Below, piece after piece: positions 42,521 through 53,400 of a DNA stretch of 64,000 nucleotides. The notes beneath the pieces are model-generated. The model did not search any database. It worked only from the letters and a program-made list of their open reading frames with translations, and was not told the origin of the DNA. This DNA is from a virus (lineage: Duplodnaviria; Caudoviricetes). A program made the position numbers and the translations under genes. The stretch is taken from positions 3,162 through 67,161 of IMG/VR virus record IMGVR_UViG_3300037467_000821; one strand, 5' to 3'. Position 1 is the first letter of the stretch; each line of letters begins with the position of its first letter.

Positions 42521-42858
42521 TGCCACCAGAAGTCCGGCACGCGTTGACAGCGATGGCCCGCAGCTCTCCTAAGAGGGAGATCTGCGGGTTCATCTTGGGC
42601 GACTGGTCCATCTGCCCCATCAAGAACGTCGCCGAGAACGATCGCGATTTCAGGATGGGCGACGAGGCGGTCATCAATTTCTTTACGATGAATTACGAGT
42701 CGGTGCTGGGCATGTACCACTCGCACCCCTCCGGGCGGGAAGACCCATCAGAGGCCGACATCGAATACGCTCCGGCTCGACTGCGTTACTGGATCGTCAC
42801 CGACAGTGACGTAATCGAATGGGAGTTCGGGGATGGCGAAATCAGGCGAGTCGCCTAA
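42520..42858 (+). CDS. JAB/MPN (JAMM) metalloprotease
   Basis: REICG and YHSHPSGREDPSEAD = E..HxH-x7-S-x2-D. Confidence 0.9.
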   Translation: MPPEVRHALTAMARSSPKREICGFILGDWSICPIKNVAENDRDFRMGDEAVINFFTMNYESVLGMYHSHPSGREDPSEADIEYAPARLRYWIVTDSDVIEWEFGDGEIRRVA

Positions 42859-43729
42859 GCGACCCCCGGCCAGTGAATGGTTGCTGCGGTATATCCGTTT
42901 GCAGCAGGCACAGGATGTCAAGCTTGATAGGATCCTGCGCGAAGCCGCCGCCGACGCAGAGAAGGCTGTCAAAGCCCTCGGGAACAAACAGGGCATCGGT
43001 GCCGCCGTGCGTAAGGCGCAGCTCATCGGGGGACAAGGCGCAATTACTCGCGTGTTGGCTGCACTCTGGCGCGATGTTGGCCAGCTCGTGAAAGCAGCCC
43101 GGGTTCAGGCGCAATCCGAGGCGCTGGACATTAGTTTCGACTGGGACGAAGTACTGCTCGCGCGCGTATATCGCGACGCGAAAAAGCGTCAGGCCATGCG
43201 AGAGTCTCTGCTGCTATCAGCCGACCGAAATGTAGAGGCTCTGATCCAACGGGTGTTCAACACTCGTCAGCCACTGAGCAAGCGTGTGTATCACAGCCAG
43301 GCGCTCAGCAAGGGCTGGATCGAACGGGCAATTAACTCTGCTCTGGCACGCGGAGCCACTGTAGACGAGCTCGCGAAAATCGCGAGGGATTTCATTCGGC
43401 CAGAGACGCCCGGAGGCGCGACATTCGCTGCCCGGCGGCTCGCCAGGACTGAAATCAACAACGCGTACCACGCCCAGTCGATCGAGGCACAGATGGGCAA
43501 GCCTTGGGTGATCGGAATGCGTTGGAATCTCAGTCGATCCCACAAGAAACCTGACATCTGCGATGTTTACGCGCGGCAGGGTGTTTTCCCTGTGGACCAG
43601 GTGCCGCCAAAGCCACATCCGCAGGATTTGTGTTACGTCACTCCGGAGACCATGGGTCCAGAAGAGTTCGACAAGATGCTCCTGGCCGGGGGATTCAAGT
43701 CCTGGATCGACTCGAATTACAGCTCGTAA
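42833..43729 (+). CDS. MuF-like minor head / capsid maturation protein
   Basis: ARRLARTEINNAY, W.LSRSH...DICD, PHPQDLCY. Confidence 0.85.
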   Translation: MAKSGESPKRPPASEWLLRYIRLQQAQDVKLDRILREAAADAEKAVKALGNKQGIGAAVRKAQLIGGQGAITRVLAALWRDVGQLVKAARVQAQSEALDISFDWDEVLLARVYRDAKKRQAMRESLLLSADRNVEALIQRVFNTRQPLSKRVYHSQALSKGWIERAINSALARGATVDELAKIARDFIRPETPGGATFAARRLARTEINNAYHAQSIEAQMGKPWVIGMRWNLSRSHKKPDICDVYARQGVFPVDQVPPKPHPQDLCYVTPETMGPEEFDKMLLAGGFKSWIDSNYSS

Positions 43730-43812
43730 TTTGGGTTTCGAGCGCCGATACGTCACGTTAGCTATGATTCCCGGCGTAGGGTAAGCTAGTACCCGGAACC
43801 GGAGGTTCCCAT

Positions 43813-44568
43813 ATGCGCAAGACGCGCGGGGTTGTCAGCCAGAGGTTGATTCTCCCCACTGCACCGCTCATCGTGCTCAACGACGGCACGCCGATCTACC
43901 CGATCATGGGCTCGGACCCCGAGGGCCAGGAGGGCTCCGAGGACGAAGACCCGGACGAGGAAGACGGCGAAGACGAGGACGAAGGCGAGGAGTCCGAAGA
44001 GGACGAGAAGCCGAAGCCCAAGTCGAAGTCCAAGCCCAAGGAAACCGAAGCCCAGAAGATTCGGCGCCTCAACAAGGAGAATCAGACGCGACGTCTGGCT
44101 CTGGAGGAAGCTGAGCGGAAGCTTCGGGCCATCGAGGACGCGGACAAGTCGGAGCTCGAAATCGCCAGGCGCGACCTCGAAGAGCTGCAGGCAAAGACCA
44201 AGGGCCACGACGAGACGCTGAACAACCTGCGGATCGAGAACGCCTTCCTGAAGCTCAGCGGTTACAACTGGCACGATCCGGACGACGCGCTGGAGTACCT
44301 CCGCAAGACCGGGGAGGTCACCATCGACGACGACGGAACGGTGGACGGGCTCGAACAGGCTGTGAAGGACCTCGCCAAGAAGAAGCCCTACCTTCTCAAG
44401 GCGAAGGAAGACGAGGAAGACGAGGAGCCGAAGTCGCGACGCACCGGCGGCGCACGCGGCCCCTCGGGAGCAAGCGTAGGGTCGGGACCCGGGTCCAAGA
44501 AGGGCCAGGCCAAGTCGGCCCAGCGCAAGACGCTGATCGAGAAGTACGGCCTGGGATACGGACGCTGA
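43813..44568 (+). CDS. capsid scaffolding protein
   Basis: Acidic N-region, coiled coil, KKKPYLLK; upstream TAGGGTAAGCT motif at 43777. Confidence 0.85.
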   Translation: MRKTRGVVSQRLILPTAPLIVLNDGTPIYPIMGSDPEGQEGSEDEDPDEEDGEDEDEGEESEEDEKPKPKSKSKPKETEAQKIRRLNKENQTRRLALEEAERKLRAIEDADKSELEIARRDLEELQAKTKGHDETLNNLRIENAFLKLSGYNWHDPDDALEYLRKTGEVTIDDDGTVDGLEQAVKDLAKKKPYLLKAKEDEEDEEPKSRRTGGARGPSGASVGSGPGSKKGQAKSAQRKTLIEKYGLGYGR

Positions 44569-44584
44569 AGAAGGAGATCCTCCG

Positions 44585-45016
44585 GTGCCACGTTATGACA
44601 AGTACGAGCCGTTTGCGAATGGGTTCCGTGCCCAGCTCGCAGCGGACTGGCCGCGTGCTGACGCCGTCGGGGGAGTCCCTTACGGTGTCGGTCTCGACGC
44701 CAGTGGCAAGGTCGTCAAGGGTGCCGGGACTTCCGGCATCATGGGCCAGCTGATCCTGGTCCAGAACACGCAGAACACCGGCATCAAGTGGCGCGCCGGT
44801 GACTGGGTGGACGTGCAGACCTCGGGCGAGGCCGTCGAGTGGGCCACCACGGCGGGCGTCGCGGGCGTCGCGGCCACCAACTACTACATCGTCTCGGCTA
44901 CCGGCGCCATCGTGGCGGGTGGTGCAGCAGCAGCGACGGGCCAGATCTATCTCGGCACGACCGTCGAGGCGGAGCGGCTCATCGTCCGCTACAACAAGGT
45001 CCCGGTGGCCCCGTAA
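44585..45016 (+). CDS. capsid decoration/cement protein
   Basis: Small beta-rich Ala/Gly/Thr protein between scaffold and major capsid. Confidence 0.65.
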   Translation: MPRYDKYEPFANGFRAQLAADWPRADAVGGVPYGVGLDASGKVVKGAGTSGIMGQLILVQNTQNTGIKWRAGDWVDVQTSGEAVEWATTAGVAGVAATNYYIVSATGAIVAGGAAAATGQIYLGTTVEAERLIVRYNKVPVAP

Positions 45017-45038
45017 TTCAGGAAGGAGACACAAGCAG

Positions 45039-46298
45039 ATGAACACGAACACGCTGAACAGCGCCTCCTTCCCGCTGGAGGTCTTCAGGGCTCCGCTCGC
45101 CCGCTCGGCTGCGCCGGGCAAGAGCCTCGTCGACCTCAACAAGCTGAACCTGTTCCAGGCCTTCATGGGCTCGGAGCGCGGTTACGCGGTCGAGGGCGAC
45201 ATTCTCTACCCGATGAACGATGGGGTCGACCCCAACGCTCTCTGGGCGGAGTTCCAGGCCACCCTCGAGATCCACAACGAGCGTCGGCAGACCATCGTCA
45301 ACATCCTGACCTTCCCGGTCAATCAGTTGATCGAGACGATCCCGGACGCGACGAGCGTCGAGTTCCAGCGAGCGACCGAGTTCGGTGTCCCGAAGGCCGT
45401 CGGCATCCGGCAGTCCTACTTCCAGATGGCGTACGACTTCGAGGACTTCGACCTCGCGACGCGGTACACCTGGAAGTTCCTGCGTGACGCGGACGTCCGG
45501 CTGATCGAGGGCACGCACCGCGCGATCCTGGAGGCGGACAACCGCCTCATCTTCCGGCACGTCATGGCGGCGCTGTTCGACAACCGCAACCGCGTGGCGG
45601 ACATCCGGAACCAGAACTACAACGTCTTCGCGCTCTACAACGCGGACGGCACGATCCCGCCGAAGTGGAAGGACACCACCTTCGACGGCACCCACTCGCA
45701 CTACGTGGTCTCCGGCTCGGCGACGTTCGATTCGCAGGACCTGGAATCGGCCGTCAACCACATCGCGCACCACGGGTTCAGCCAGGAGAACGGCACGCAG
45801 TTCGTGCACATCCTGAACTCGGCGCAGATGGCCGTCGCGAAGACGTTCCGCGCGGGCGCCACCATCAACGGTGTCGTCTGCAACTACGACTTCATCCCGG
45901 CTCCGAACCAGCCGACCCTGTTCGTTCCGAACGCGGAGGGGCTGCTCGGTGAGCGTCCGCCGACGGAGTGGCGCGGTCTGCCGGTCATCGGTTCGTACGG
46001 CAACGCCCTCCTCGTCGAGGAGGACTACATCCCGGCGAACTACATCCTCACGCTCGGCTCCGGCGGGCTCGGCGATCTGCAGAACCCGGTGGGCCTGCGT
46101 GAGCACGCGAACCCGGCGTTCCGTGGCCTGCGCCTGATCCCCGGCAACCAGCAGGCGTACCCGCTGATCGACTCCTACTACGCGCGAGCGTTCGGTACGG
46201 GTGTCCGGCAGCGTGGTGCAGCAGTCATCACCCAGGTGAAGGCCTCGGGCACGTACGACCGCCCGGCGTCCTACGACCGCGACCTGATGGCCGCCTAG
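45039..46298 (+). CDS. major capsid protein
   Basis: Position, 419 aa, strong codon bias, ATEFGVP..YDF motifs. Confidence 0.88.
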   Translation: MNTNTLNSASFPLEVFRAPLARSAAPGKSLVDLNKLNLFQAFMGSERGYAVEGDILYPMNDGVDPNALWAEFQATLEIHNERRQTIVNILTFPVNQLIETIPDATSVEFQRATEFGVPKAVGIRQSYFQMAYDFEDFDLATRYTWKFLRDADVRLIEGTHRAILEADNRLIFRHVMAALFDNRNRVADIRNQNYNVFALYNADGTIPPKWKDTTFDGTHSHYVVSGSATFDSQDLESAVNHIAHHGFSQENGTQFVHILNSAQMAVAKTFRAGATINGVVCNYDFIPAPNQPTLFVPNAEGLLGERPPTEWRGLPVIGSYGNALLVEEDYIPANYILTLGSGGLGDLQNPVGLREHANPAFRGLRLIPGNQQAYPLIDSYYARAFGTGVRQRGAAVITQVKASGTYDRPASYDRDLMAA

Positions 46299-46310
46299 GA
46301 GGGCTGATCG

Positions 46311-46718
46311 ATGGGAAGGATGATCAACCCGTACGAGAAGCCGCTCACGCGTGAGGATTACGAGTACCTCAAGGCGCGCGAGGAGCAGTTCAAGATCGCC
46401 GAGAACATCCGGCACTTCGGACCGCTCGGACAGGTCGAGGGCCACGAGTGGCCTGAGCCCGAGGAAGACGTTGTCGTCGAGGAGGAGAAGGTCGAGGAGC
46501 AGGCTCCACAGGCCGACTACGACCCGGACGACGTCGTCTTCGTCGACTCGATCGGCTACGGCGAATGGCAGGCCCTCCTCAAGGAGATGGGCCTCTCGGC
46601 GCAGGGCGACAAGGTCACTGTCCGGACGCGTCTGCTCGACGCGATCAAGGAGCGTGGCGGCGTCCGCGAGGTCGTGGACTTCGACGGTGACGAAGAGGAT
46701 GACGACAACGAGGAGTGA
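46311..46718 (+). CDS. hypothetical virion protein with SAP/LEM-like segment
   Basis: WQALLKEMGLSAQGDKVTVRTRL; follows capsid. Confidence 0.65.
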   Translation: MGRMINPYEKPLTREDYEYLKAREEQFKIAENIRHFGPLGQVEGHEWPEPEEDVVVEEEKVEEQAPQADYDPDDVVFVDSIGYGEWQALLKEMGLSAQGDKVTVRTRLLDAIKERGGVREVVDFDGDEEDDDNEE

Positions 46719-46782
46719 TCCTCGGCGACTGGGCGGATCTGCGGTGTAGGCTGCAGGTCCGCCCTTTCCTCTAGGAGGGGAA

Positions 46783-47112
46783 ATGGCCGACCTCGCTGAG
46801 ATCGAGGAAGTGCAGCAGGCACTCGGCGGTGCTGAGTACGCCGAAGAGAACGGCTACGACGGCAGCAAGATCGAAGATCTGCTGGACAGCGGCGAGACCC
46901 TCAACTCCATCGCGGCAAAGTTCTGGGAAGGCCGTTGGACCGCCAGCGCAGAGCTGATCGACATCAGCGAGAGTGGCTCCTCGCGTGGCCTCTCGGCGGT
47001 CACCAAGAACGCCAGGGATCTGGCAGCGTTGTACCGGGGCCGGGCCGACTCTGAGGTCGGCAACCCTACCCCGACCCGTGGCATTCGTTCGCACCGCATG
47101 AAGAGGGTGTGA
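46783..47112 (+). CDS. head-to-tail adaptor
   Basis: Position; DISESGSSR..S motif. Confidence 0.7.
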   Translation: MADLAEIEEVQQALGGAEYAEENGYDGSKIEDLLDSGETLNSIAAKFWEGRWTASAELIDISESGSSRGLSAVTKNARDLAALYRGRADSEVGNPTPTRGIRSHRMKRV

Positions 47113-47519
47113 TGGGACAGAACCCAGCCGCATTGCGGGTGCTGCGAAAGCAGACCAAGCGGTTCATCGATGACGATCCATTCGACATCGTCCTGATCCC
47201 GCGCGCTAAGACTCGCGTCCCGGGCGGGGGATACGAGATGACGGATCAGCCTCCTCGGCCCTCCCAGCGGGTGAAGCTGATCTACACCGGCTCTGCCCGG
47301 GGCATTGGCGGAGCCGAAGGCGTGCAGGTCACCGGCGATGGCGTAGAGCGACGTTACGACTACGTCATCGTCGGTGAATGGGACATGGTCATCGAGGCAG
47401 GAGACCATTGGACGGATGCACTCGGGAATCGGTGCGAAGTCGGCGGTTTGATTCCGGACAACGAGTACGAGCGTCGGGCCACGGCGTCTATTTACGGAAG
47501 GCGAGCGGAGGGCGGCTGA
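47112..47519 (+). CDS. head-to-tail stopper
   Basis: Position, beta-rich, GDHW. Confidence 0.65.
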   Translation: MGQNPAALRVLRKQTKRFIDDDPFDIVLIPRAKTRVPGGGYEMTDQPPRPSQRVKLIYTGSARGIGGAEGVQVTGDGVERRYDYVIVGEWDMVIEAGDHWTDALGNRCEVGGLIPDNEYERRATASIYGRRAEGG

Positions 47520-47872
47520 TGGGGTTCGAGTGGAACTCGCGCGAACTGAACACCAACCTTCGTCGGCTGCCTGTTCAGGTAGATAGGGCTGTGGCCACAG
47601 TAGTGCAATTCCAGGCTGCTCGCGGCGAGGCCTACATGAAGACGCACGCGCCATGGACGGACCGCACCAGCGCGGCTCGAAATGGTCTGTTCACGCTAGC
47701 ATTTCACCTCCCATTCGTCAGGCACGAAATCCTGTTCTCGCATGCAGTCGCGTATGGTATTTGGCTGGAAGTCGCCAACGATGAGCGATTCGCCATCCTG
47801 CTGCAGTCGATCAAGGTGATCGGCGAGGACACGATGAAGCAGCTCGAAGGTTTGTTCGGGAGGTTGCAGTGA
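47519..47872 (+). CDS. neck/tail completion protein (HK97 gp10-like)
   Basis: APWTDRTSAARNGL, YGIWLE. Confidence 0.7.
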   Translation: MGFEWNSRELNTNLRRLPVQVDRAVATVVQFQAARGEAYMKTHAPWTDRTSAARNGLFTLAFHLPFVRHEILFSHAVAYGIWLEVANDERFAILLQSIKVIGEDTMKQLEGLFGRLQ

Positions 47873-48300
47873 ACGACGCATTCTGGGGGTTGATCGCGCA
47901 CGACCCTGTGCTGAACGCTGCTCCCTGGAATCTCAACGAGGACAACGTGGCCTCCATGTTCGCCTTGGACGGCAGCAGGACGCCACCGAAGAATCCAGAC
48001 GGATACTTCATCATCATCAGGACCGAAGCTGCACCGCCTGGCGTGGCGCTGAAGACGACGGTCTCTGTGTGGGTGCACCGATCCCGTTCCAAGGGCACCA
48101 CATACAACGGGATCAATGCCATTCTTGACCGGATCATGGAGATCATGAAGAATGCCACGCATGTGGTGGGTACGGATGGCAGCAAGCTGACGCAAACAGA
48201 CTTCGCAGGCCTCGGCGGGGAGCAGCACGATCCGGGTTACGATACGCTGACTCGATACGTGGCGTTCAACTGTCTGTCTGGGAAAGCCGTCATGAGGTAG
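47869..48300 (+). CDS. tail terminator
   Basis: Position before major tail; size 143 aa. Confidence 0.6.
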   Translation: MNDAFWGLIAHDPVLNAAPWNLNEDNVASMFALDGSRTPPKNPDGYFIIIRTEAAPPGVALKTTVSVWVHRSRSKGTTYNGINAILDRIMEIMKNATHVVGTDGSKLTQTDFAGLGGEQHDPGYDTLTRYVAFNCLSGKAVMR

Positions 48301-48326
48301 GATAAGCGCGGGAAACAGGAGGAACG

Positions 48327-48641
48327 ATGGGCATCGAAATCAACAAGGATGCAGCCGAGACGGACCTTTCGTCCGACCCGAGCGCATTCACTGCGGTTGC
48401 GCCCCGGACGCCGCCCGAGGATCTCGACGCGGACGCCAAGTACGTCGAGTACAAGGGCCAGGCGACGCACCGCCGGATCAGCGAAGCCGACTGGCAGGCT
48501 GCGGGCGTGGCGGACCAGGGTGACGTCGAGTGGTCCCGTGACACCAACATGCGTGTCGGTGTCGACCACTTCACCGACGAAGCGTTGGAGGTCCTCCGGC
48601 GCGACGGCGGGTTCTCCGTCCCGGCTCGCAACCAGGAGTGA
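48327..48641 (+). CDS. hypothetical virion-module protein (104 aa)
   Basis: AGGAGG SD; upstream GGTAGGAT motif. Confidence 0.7.
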   Translation: MGIEINKDAAETDLSSDPSAFTAVAPRTPPEDLDADAKYVEYKGQATHRRISEADWQAAGVADQGDVEWSRDTNMRVGVDHFTDEALEVLRRDGGFSVPARNQE

Positions 48642-48642
48642 C

Positions 48643-48822
48643 GTGGACTTCCGCTGCCCCACCAAGCTGCACCTTCGACGAGAAGGCGATCTGATCGAGG
48701 TCGTCTGTCGCTCGACGCGCTGCGGCTACGGGCAGGGGATGGTCGTCCTGCACTACTTCACTCTTGACGGAGTGCACGTCGACACCAAGCTCTACAAGGA
48801 TCCAGGGAGGATCGCACAATGA
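48643..48822 (+). CDS. small zinc-ribbon-like protein (59 aa)
   Basis: FRCP..H and CRSTRC. Confidence 0.55.
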   Translation: MDFRCPTKLHLRREGDLIEVVCRSTRCGYGQGMVVLHYFTLDGVHVDTKLYKDPGRIAQ

Positions 48823-49676
48823 CGTCGCTGGGAACAGCGCTCCCGTACGGAATGCGGGACGTGAAGATCACGGAGTACGCCGACGCGGGTGGCACTGTCC
48901 TGGGTGACACCTCGCTCGACCTTCCGAACATGCAGAAGTTCAGCTGGTCTGAGACCGAGGAGTTCCAGGAGCTTCGCGGTGACGACAAGCTCGTGACCAC
49001 CCGAGGCAAGGGTGCCCAGGTCGACGGCTCCGTCGAGGCGGGCGGTTTGCCGCTGCCCTGCTGGGCGATCTTCACCGGTGGCCAGATCATCGAGGAGGGG
49101 CTCACGCCCAACCGGCGCGTGATCCTCCGGAAGTTCGCCACGAATTCGCGCAAGTACTTCCGCGCGGAGGGACAGGCGATCTCGGACTCGGGCGGCGACA
49201 TCCACGCCATCCTGTACCGGTGCCGCTGCAACGACTCGATCGAAGGCGAGTTCGCGGACGGTGAGTTCTTCATCACCTCGGCCTCGTTCCTCGGTCTGCC
49301 GCTGCTCGACGCGGACTTCGACCTGCTGTACGATTTCATCCAGAACGAGACCGCAACGGCCATCCCGACCACGCCGGTTGCGAACCCCACGCTGCTCGCT
49401 GCGCCGGTCTTGACGGCGGGCACCACTACAGCCACGACCCAGGTTCTCAACTGGGTGGCCATCGCGGGTGCCACGAGCTACCAGGTGTACGAGAAGATGT
49501 CCACCGGTCCGTGGACCGCTGTGTCCGCTGCTCGTGGTGGTCAGCCTGCGGCGGTCGCAACCACGACCATCACCGGCCTCGTCACCGCCACGCAGTACCA
49601 GTACAAGATGATCGCGAAGAAGACGCCGAACAGCAACTCGGCGATGTCCAACACGGTCACCATCACCACCTCGTAA
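48819..49676 (+). CDS. major tail protein with C-terminal FN3/Ig-like domain
   Basis: LPYGMRDVKI, ELRGDD, Thr-rich beta C-domain (LNWVAIAGATSYQVY). Confidence 0.88.
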   Translation: MTSLGTALPYGMRDVKITEYADAGGTVLGDTSLDLPNMQKFSWSETEEFQELRGDDKLVTTRGKGAQVDGSVEAGGLPLPCWAIFTGGQIIEEGLTPNRRVILRKFATNSRKYFRAEGQAISDSGGDIHAILYRCRCNDSIEGEFADGEFFITSASFLGLPLLDADFDLLYDFIQNETATAIPTTPVANPTLLAAPVLTAGTTTATTQVLNWVAIAGATSYQVYEKMSTGPWTAVSAARGGQPAAVATTTITGLVTATQYQYKMIAKKTPNSNSAMSNTVTITTS

Positions 49677-49701
49677 CGAACTATCGGACAAGGAGCACCA
49701 G

Positions 49702-50286
49702 ATGCCGTCCACCTACGACCTCACTTCCTGGAATCTCGAAGACGAGCGGGACTTCACTGTGCCGTCGGGGCAGAAGTGCAGGATCAAGGACCTCGGCCTG
49801 GAGGACATGGCCGCCCTCGGCATCATCGACCAGATGGACACCCTGGGGATGCTGGTCGAGAAGGAGCACGTGCAGCGGGTCCAGGGCAAGAGGCCGCAGG
49901 ACCGCAAGACCAAGAAGCCGACGAAGGCGCAGCAGGCGAAGAAGGAGCAAGGCGAGATCGCCGATTGGCTCCGGGACCGCACCAAGATGGCTGCCATCGG
50001 CACGATGCTCGACAAGATCGCTTCCGCCTGTGTGGTGGAGCCGGTCGTCGAGAACCCGTGGGTCCTGGTGGACCCCGACGACCCCTCGAAGGGCGAGCGT
50101 AAGCTCGGTCGGAACGAGCGGATCGAGATCGCCCTCTACGCGGACAAGCTGCCGTTCGCGGATAAGATGGCGATCTTCGAGGAGGCCTTCAAGGGAATGG
50201 AGGACCTCGAATCCTTTCGTGAAGGACCCGGCGAGGATGTGGCAGCACTACCGGATGTCGAAGAGCCTGCGGAAGTCTCCAAGTGA
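49702..50286 (+). CDS. tail assembly chaperone (gpG-like)
   Basis: Between major tail and tape measure. Confidence 0.85.
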   Translation: MPSTYDLTSWNLEDERDFTVPSGQKCRIKDLGLEDMAALGIIDQMDTLGMLVEKEHVQRVQGKRPQDRKTKKPTKAQQAKKEQGEIADWLRDRTKMAAIGTMLDKIASACVVEPVVENPWVLVDPDDPSKGERKLGRNERIEIALYADKLPFADKMAIFEEAFKGMEDLESFREGPGEDVAALPDVEEPAEVSK

Positions 50287-50485
50287 GCTTCTGAGCATTA
50301 GGCATCCAGTTCGAGCCTTCTACTTCGACAGGGCAGTTTGGTTGTTCGGGACCACTCTGGAGGCAGACCTTGAAGCTGCTGCTGAAGGAGTGAAGAGCGA
50401 GAAGCGTGCCAAGGCGAAGCAGCAGATGGTTTTGGCAACCTGGCTCGGCGGCAAGGGTATGTACCGCGACCCTGCGAGGCGATAG
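49702..50485 (+). CDS. tail assembly chaperone frameshift product (gpGT-like, +1 shift, about 260 aa)
   Basis: Overlapping +1 frame open to 50485; TCC TTT CGT at 50212-50220. Confidence 0.7.
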
Positions 50486-50494
50486 GAAGGCGAG

Positions 50495-53400
50495 ATGGCC
50501 GATTACGACCTTGGCAAGGCACACGGCAAGGTTGTCATTGACTACGAAGACAAGGGCGGCAAGCAGGCCCAGTCTGAGATGTCAAAGATCGACCAGTGGG
50601 CACAAAAGCTCCACGGGACGTTCGGCCGTCTCCGCACCCAGCTGACCGGCGTGCACAAGGACTTCGGCGAGACCGGAGCGCGGATGTCGCGCACATTCGC
50701 CATCATGGCCGGTGGCACCGCCATTCTGCTCGGCTTGAGCCGGGCCACCAGCACCTTCACTGGAAGGCTGTTCCAGCTCAAGGGTGGAATGTCGATCTTT
50801 GGGGCCTTGGGCCTAACGCTCGGGGGCCTCCCGAAGAGCGTGCAGGGGTTCCCGAACATTATCAAGCAGATCATCCTGCTATCCGCAGCAATCACGCTGT
50901 TCGCGGGTAGCACAAAGCTATTGAACCAAGTGTTCGTAGCGCTCGGACGTTTCGCTGCTTCCACGCAGATCGTCCAGAGGCTGACTGCAGCCTTCCCGTT
51001 CCTAACCGGCGCTATCGGTGGCCTGGCAAAGCACATCCCCAGCATCGGTCAGATCGGCGACAAGCTCAACGATCTCGCCAAGCCGATCCACACCATTGCC
51101 AAGCTAGCCCTTGGCATCGGCGCCATGATCACCGTGGTGAGAAGCGGTGTGAATGCAGCCTTCGCACTCACGAAGGCGCTCGCCAAGATGGCCGCTGTAG
51201 CTCTCGCGATCGACGCGGGCGCCAAGGTAGTGCTGGGCCTGGTATCGGCCCTGAAGGAACTCTCGGGCGTAGTGGGCATCTTGCCCGGCGCGCTCGCGGT
51301 TGTGGGCGTCACCCTTCTGACTGCCACCCTTGGCATGAAGGGTTTCAAGGACGCGCTCAAGAACATGGACGACGTCGAGAAGTTCGACGAAGCCCTGAAA
51401 AAGCTTGCTCCCTCGGCGGCTGACACGGCTCGCCAGATCAAAAACATGGTGCCGGAGTTCCAACGCGTTCAGCGCGTAATCCAGCAGCACCTGTTCGCAG
51501 ATCTGGCTGGAGACGTTAAGCGGCTGGGAGAGAACTATTTCCCCGTTCTCCAGAACGGCATCGGCCGTGTCGCGATCGAGCTGAACGGCATTGTTCGGCA
51601 ATTCCTGGCCTTCGCTAACACTGGCCGAGCTGTCAGCGGTATCAACGAGATCATCTCCACGACAGTTGGCGTGCTGAGCCACCTGCGCGGTGCTGTTCAG
51701 CCGTTCCTGAGTGCTCTGCTGGATATTACGGTGGTCAGCGCCCAGGCCTTCGGCGGGATGTTCGGCAACATCCAGGGTGCTGCAGAGGCATTCGCAACCT
51801 GGACAGCATCTATCCGGGCTGACGGCTCGTTGCTGAACTGGATCCAGAACGGCATTCAGGCGTTCAAGGATCTGGCCGGGATCTTGTTCAACATCTTCGG
51901 AATTGTCAACACGTTCTTCTCGGCGTTCAATACCGGCGGGCAAACTACTCTCGGAACCATCAAGCAGCTGACGGATGAGCTTATCGTTTTCCTGCAGGTG
52001 GGAGATGGTCGCCAGGCTTTGGAGCTTCTGGCAGGCAGTATTGAGCGCCTGGCCAATGTGGCCAAGGACGTTTTGCTGGTAGCCTTGCAGGAGCTCGGGC
52101 CGGTATTCATCGCACTGCGTCCATTCGTCGAGGAGCTGACAAAGTCCATCGGCGGAACGCTCATTGCTGCGCTCAAGATCCTGGGGCCCATCCTGCAGGG
52201 CATCGCTGAAGCTTTGTCCTTCATGGCGCCGGTACTGGGACCGATCATCGGGTTCTTCTTGGGTCTCGGTATCGCAGGCAAGGCCTTCATGTTCATCATT
52301 GGGCCGATGATCGTCGCCATCAACCTGCTGATCTCTACATTCACTGCACTGAGGACCGCGTTCACCATCATCCGAACGGCCTGGATGGTTCTGCAGTTCG
52401 TGTTCGCGGTTAGCCCATGGACCATCATCATCGCGGGCATCATCCTGTTGGTGACTCTGATCGTCCTGAACTGGGATAAGATTGTTGCCTTCCTGATTCC
52501 CATCTGGGAGTGGATCAAGGAAAAGGCGATCGCGATCTGGGGCGCTATTCGCGATTTCTTTGTTGGATCGTGGAACAAGATCCAGGCTGATGCCAAGGCC
52601 ATTTGGGAGGGCCTCAAGTCGTTCTTCGGTAAGATTTGGGAAGCGATTAAGTTCATCTTCCTGAACTTCACCGTAGTCGGCTTGATTATCCAGTACTGGG
52701 ATGACATCAAGAACTTCACGATCAATGCTTGGAACGCGATCGTAAACTTCCTCACGGGAATCTGGAACTCCATCGTGGAGTCTACCAGGTTCATTTGGGA
52801 GCCGATCGTTGAGATCTTCAAGTCGATCTTCTCAATCATCAAGGATCTGTTCGTCATCTTCTACGGCGGCCTGGCGATCATCGCCATCCACGTCTGGGAA
52901 ACGATCAGGGATGGCACAGTTGCCATCTGGAACGGGATCGTAGACTTTTTCACGAAGCAGTTCCAGTGGATTAGCGATACGTTTCACTCGTTCTTTGACC
53001 CGATCTGGAAGTGGTGGGTTGATCTACATATAGCCATTTTCAACACGGTCCTTGGCGCGTGGAACTCTGTCACGAAATTCCTGGGAGAGACCTGGGCGTG
53101 GGTCCAGGAGCAGTGGCACGCGTTTTGGGACCCGATCGCCGACGCCGCTGTTGCGTTGTGGAACACAATCAAGAATGCCATCAACGACGCAAACATCTGG
53201 ATCGGCACCAAGCTCATAGAGGCCTGGACCTGGATCCAGCAGCAGTGGCACGCATTCTGGGATCCGATCGCCAACTTCTTCGTGGGAATCTGGAACAGCA
53301 TCAAGGGCACGGTGGGAGATGGCGTTAACAGCGTCGTCGAGTGGATCCGTGGCCTACCTGGCAAGATTCTCGGCGCACTCGGAGACCTCGGCGGCCTGCT

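Noticed and set aside
49511-50485. 324-aa ORF as an independent gene
   Set aside because: Its 5' two-thirds is an off-frame read of the major tail and chaperone genes; only the part after 50216 looks native (frameshift product)
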